DNA from: Rotaria socialis
Taxonomy: Eukaryota
Reading direction: 5' to 3'
Assembly: GCA_905331295.1 (NCBI GenBank)
Contig: CAJNYD010000259.1
Coordinates: 1 to 39,398 of the forward strand
Length of the DNA: 39,398 bases
Both the position numbers and the translations under genes were made by a program. Positions 38,516-39,398 of this stretch are shown here, piece after piece (the first letter of the stretch is position 1; every line of letters begins with the position of its first letter). The notes under the pieces were generated by a model. That model was not told the origin of the DNA. It ran no database searches and worked only from the letters and a program-made list of their open reading frames with translations.

Positions 38516-39170
38516 CAGTAAAACCTCTCTATAATGGACACCGTTCGTACTATGAAAACGTGTCCACTATGGGGAGGTTAAGTCTTTTTCAAAATCTTTT
38601 TTTTTCTCGAAGAAACAGAGATATTTTCTAGACATATGAAGACTGATAGTGAATAAGATAACTAGCTCGAGCATATTGTTACTTCTCTCTTCACGTATTT
38701 TTATTGTTTAAAGTAAATCAACAGTTGAAAAAAAATATGTGATAGAGCTCTGTTTGGTCACTTTTGAATCCAGATAAATGTTAGTTAAGTGCGATTTGAG
38801 TTCAAAGATGAGAATATGCCGTTGAGACTGTTGAATGGATAAAAAAAAGATGAAGTTTTCTCATAATTTTCAAGACTACAGCCAAAGTTGGCAGGTTTTC
38901 CGCCACAGTCATATCTTTCTCCTCTTTCGCTATTAACCTCAACTAGTCACATCAGATATTCATGATCATCCCACTCATTGAGAACAGGAATGGAAGAATC
39001 GATGTCGATGAATTCAGCAGTCGTTAATTGCTGACCATCAATTCGAATCATTCTCTCCAAGCTCTTAAGTAATGTCCACTATACAGAGGCCCCATTCCAA
39101 CAAAAATCACTCTATGGAACCGTGAAAAGTGTCCACTATAGAGAGGTGTCCCCTATGAGAGGTTTTACTG
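38516..39170 (-). mobile_element. Internally deleted pogo/Tigger element related to 10363-12807
   Basis: TIRs CAGTAAAACCTCTC; right flank TA, left flank TG; GTGTCCACTAT subterminal repeats; transposase C-terminal remnants IDGQQLTTAEFIDID..NEW and LDSKVTKQSSITYFF. Confidence 0.88.
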
Positions 39171-39226
39171 TATATCCAATTTAGACATCATCCTTTATGC
39201 TACTTAAGTTAATATTTAGGTATTGA

Positions 39227-39398
39227 CAGGGACGGCGCGAAGCAATAAAAATATAGGGGGGTTACTTGAAAACGGGAGGGTTTTCTTCAAAAATCGGAGT
39301 AAATTAATAAAAATCTCTTCTATTTTCTTCAAATCGGAGTAAAATTGAAACAAAAATTTCCAAAGTTGGGCGCGGCGGGCGGGGGGGGGGGGGGGGGG
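39227..39398. mobile_element. Possible left end of a GC-rich TIR element running to the window edge
   Basis: Starts CAGGGACGGCGCG; contains a direct repeat TTTTCTTCAAA(AA)TCGGAGTAAA and ends in a poly-G run. Confidence 0.3.

Noticed and set aside
1..39398. Hammerhead ribozyme or Penelope-like retroelement
   Set aside because: The CTGANGA hits inspected by eye lacked flanking stems with GAAA, and no reverse transcriptase motifs were seen; an Infernal search would be needed to exclude fully.
39375..39398. Terminal poly-G run as a G-quadruplex feature
   Set aside because: At the window edge and likely a sequencing or contig-end artefact.

Overview
AT-rich eukaryotic (animal) genomic DNA with many ~50-60 bp GT-AG introns. 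The overall style suggests a bdelloid rotifer; this is inference, not established. The first ~10 kb holds broken host-gene pieces interleaved with non-autonomous DNA transposons: a PDE10-like GAF/PDEase pseudogene, a frameshifted multi-TM gene, an F-box-like fragment and an intron-retaining clathrin heavy chain fragment. A full-length pogo/Tigger transposon follows (two introns, DD30D, C-terminal PIP box, one premature stop). The gene-rich part contains an intact, intron-containing HAD 'Swiss Army Knife RNA-repair'-type gene missed by the ORF track, RAD1 (9-1-1 clamp), an unknown multi-exon gene, an Mp20/transgelin-like CH protein, a tetraspanin and kynurenine 3-monooxygenase. It also has a 4-exon, ~1010-aa membrane-anchored protein fusing three glycosyltransferase-like domains of plant/algal/fungal type. 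This triple-GT fusion and the HAD_SAK gene are the strongest candidates for domesticated horizontally acquired functions. All family calls come from recalled motifs; no database search was run.
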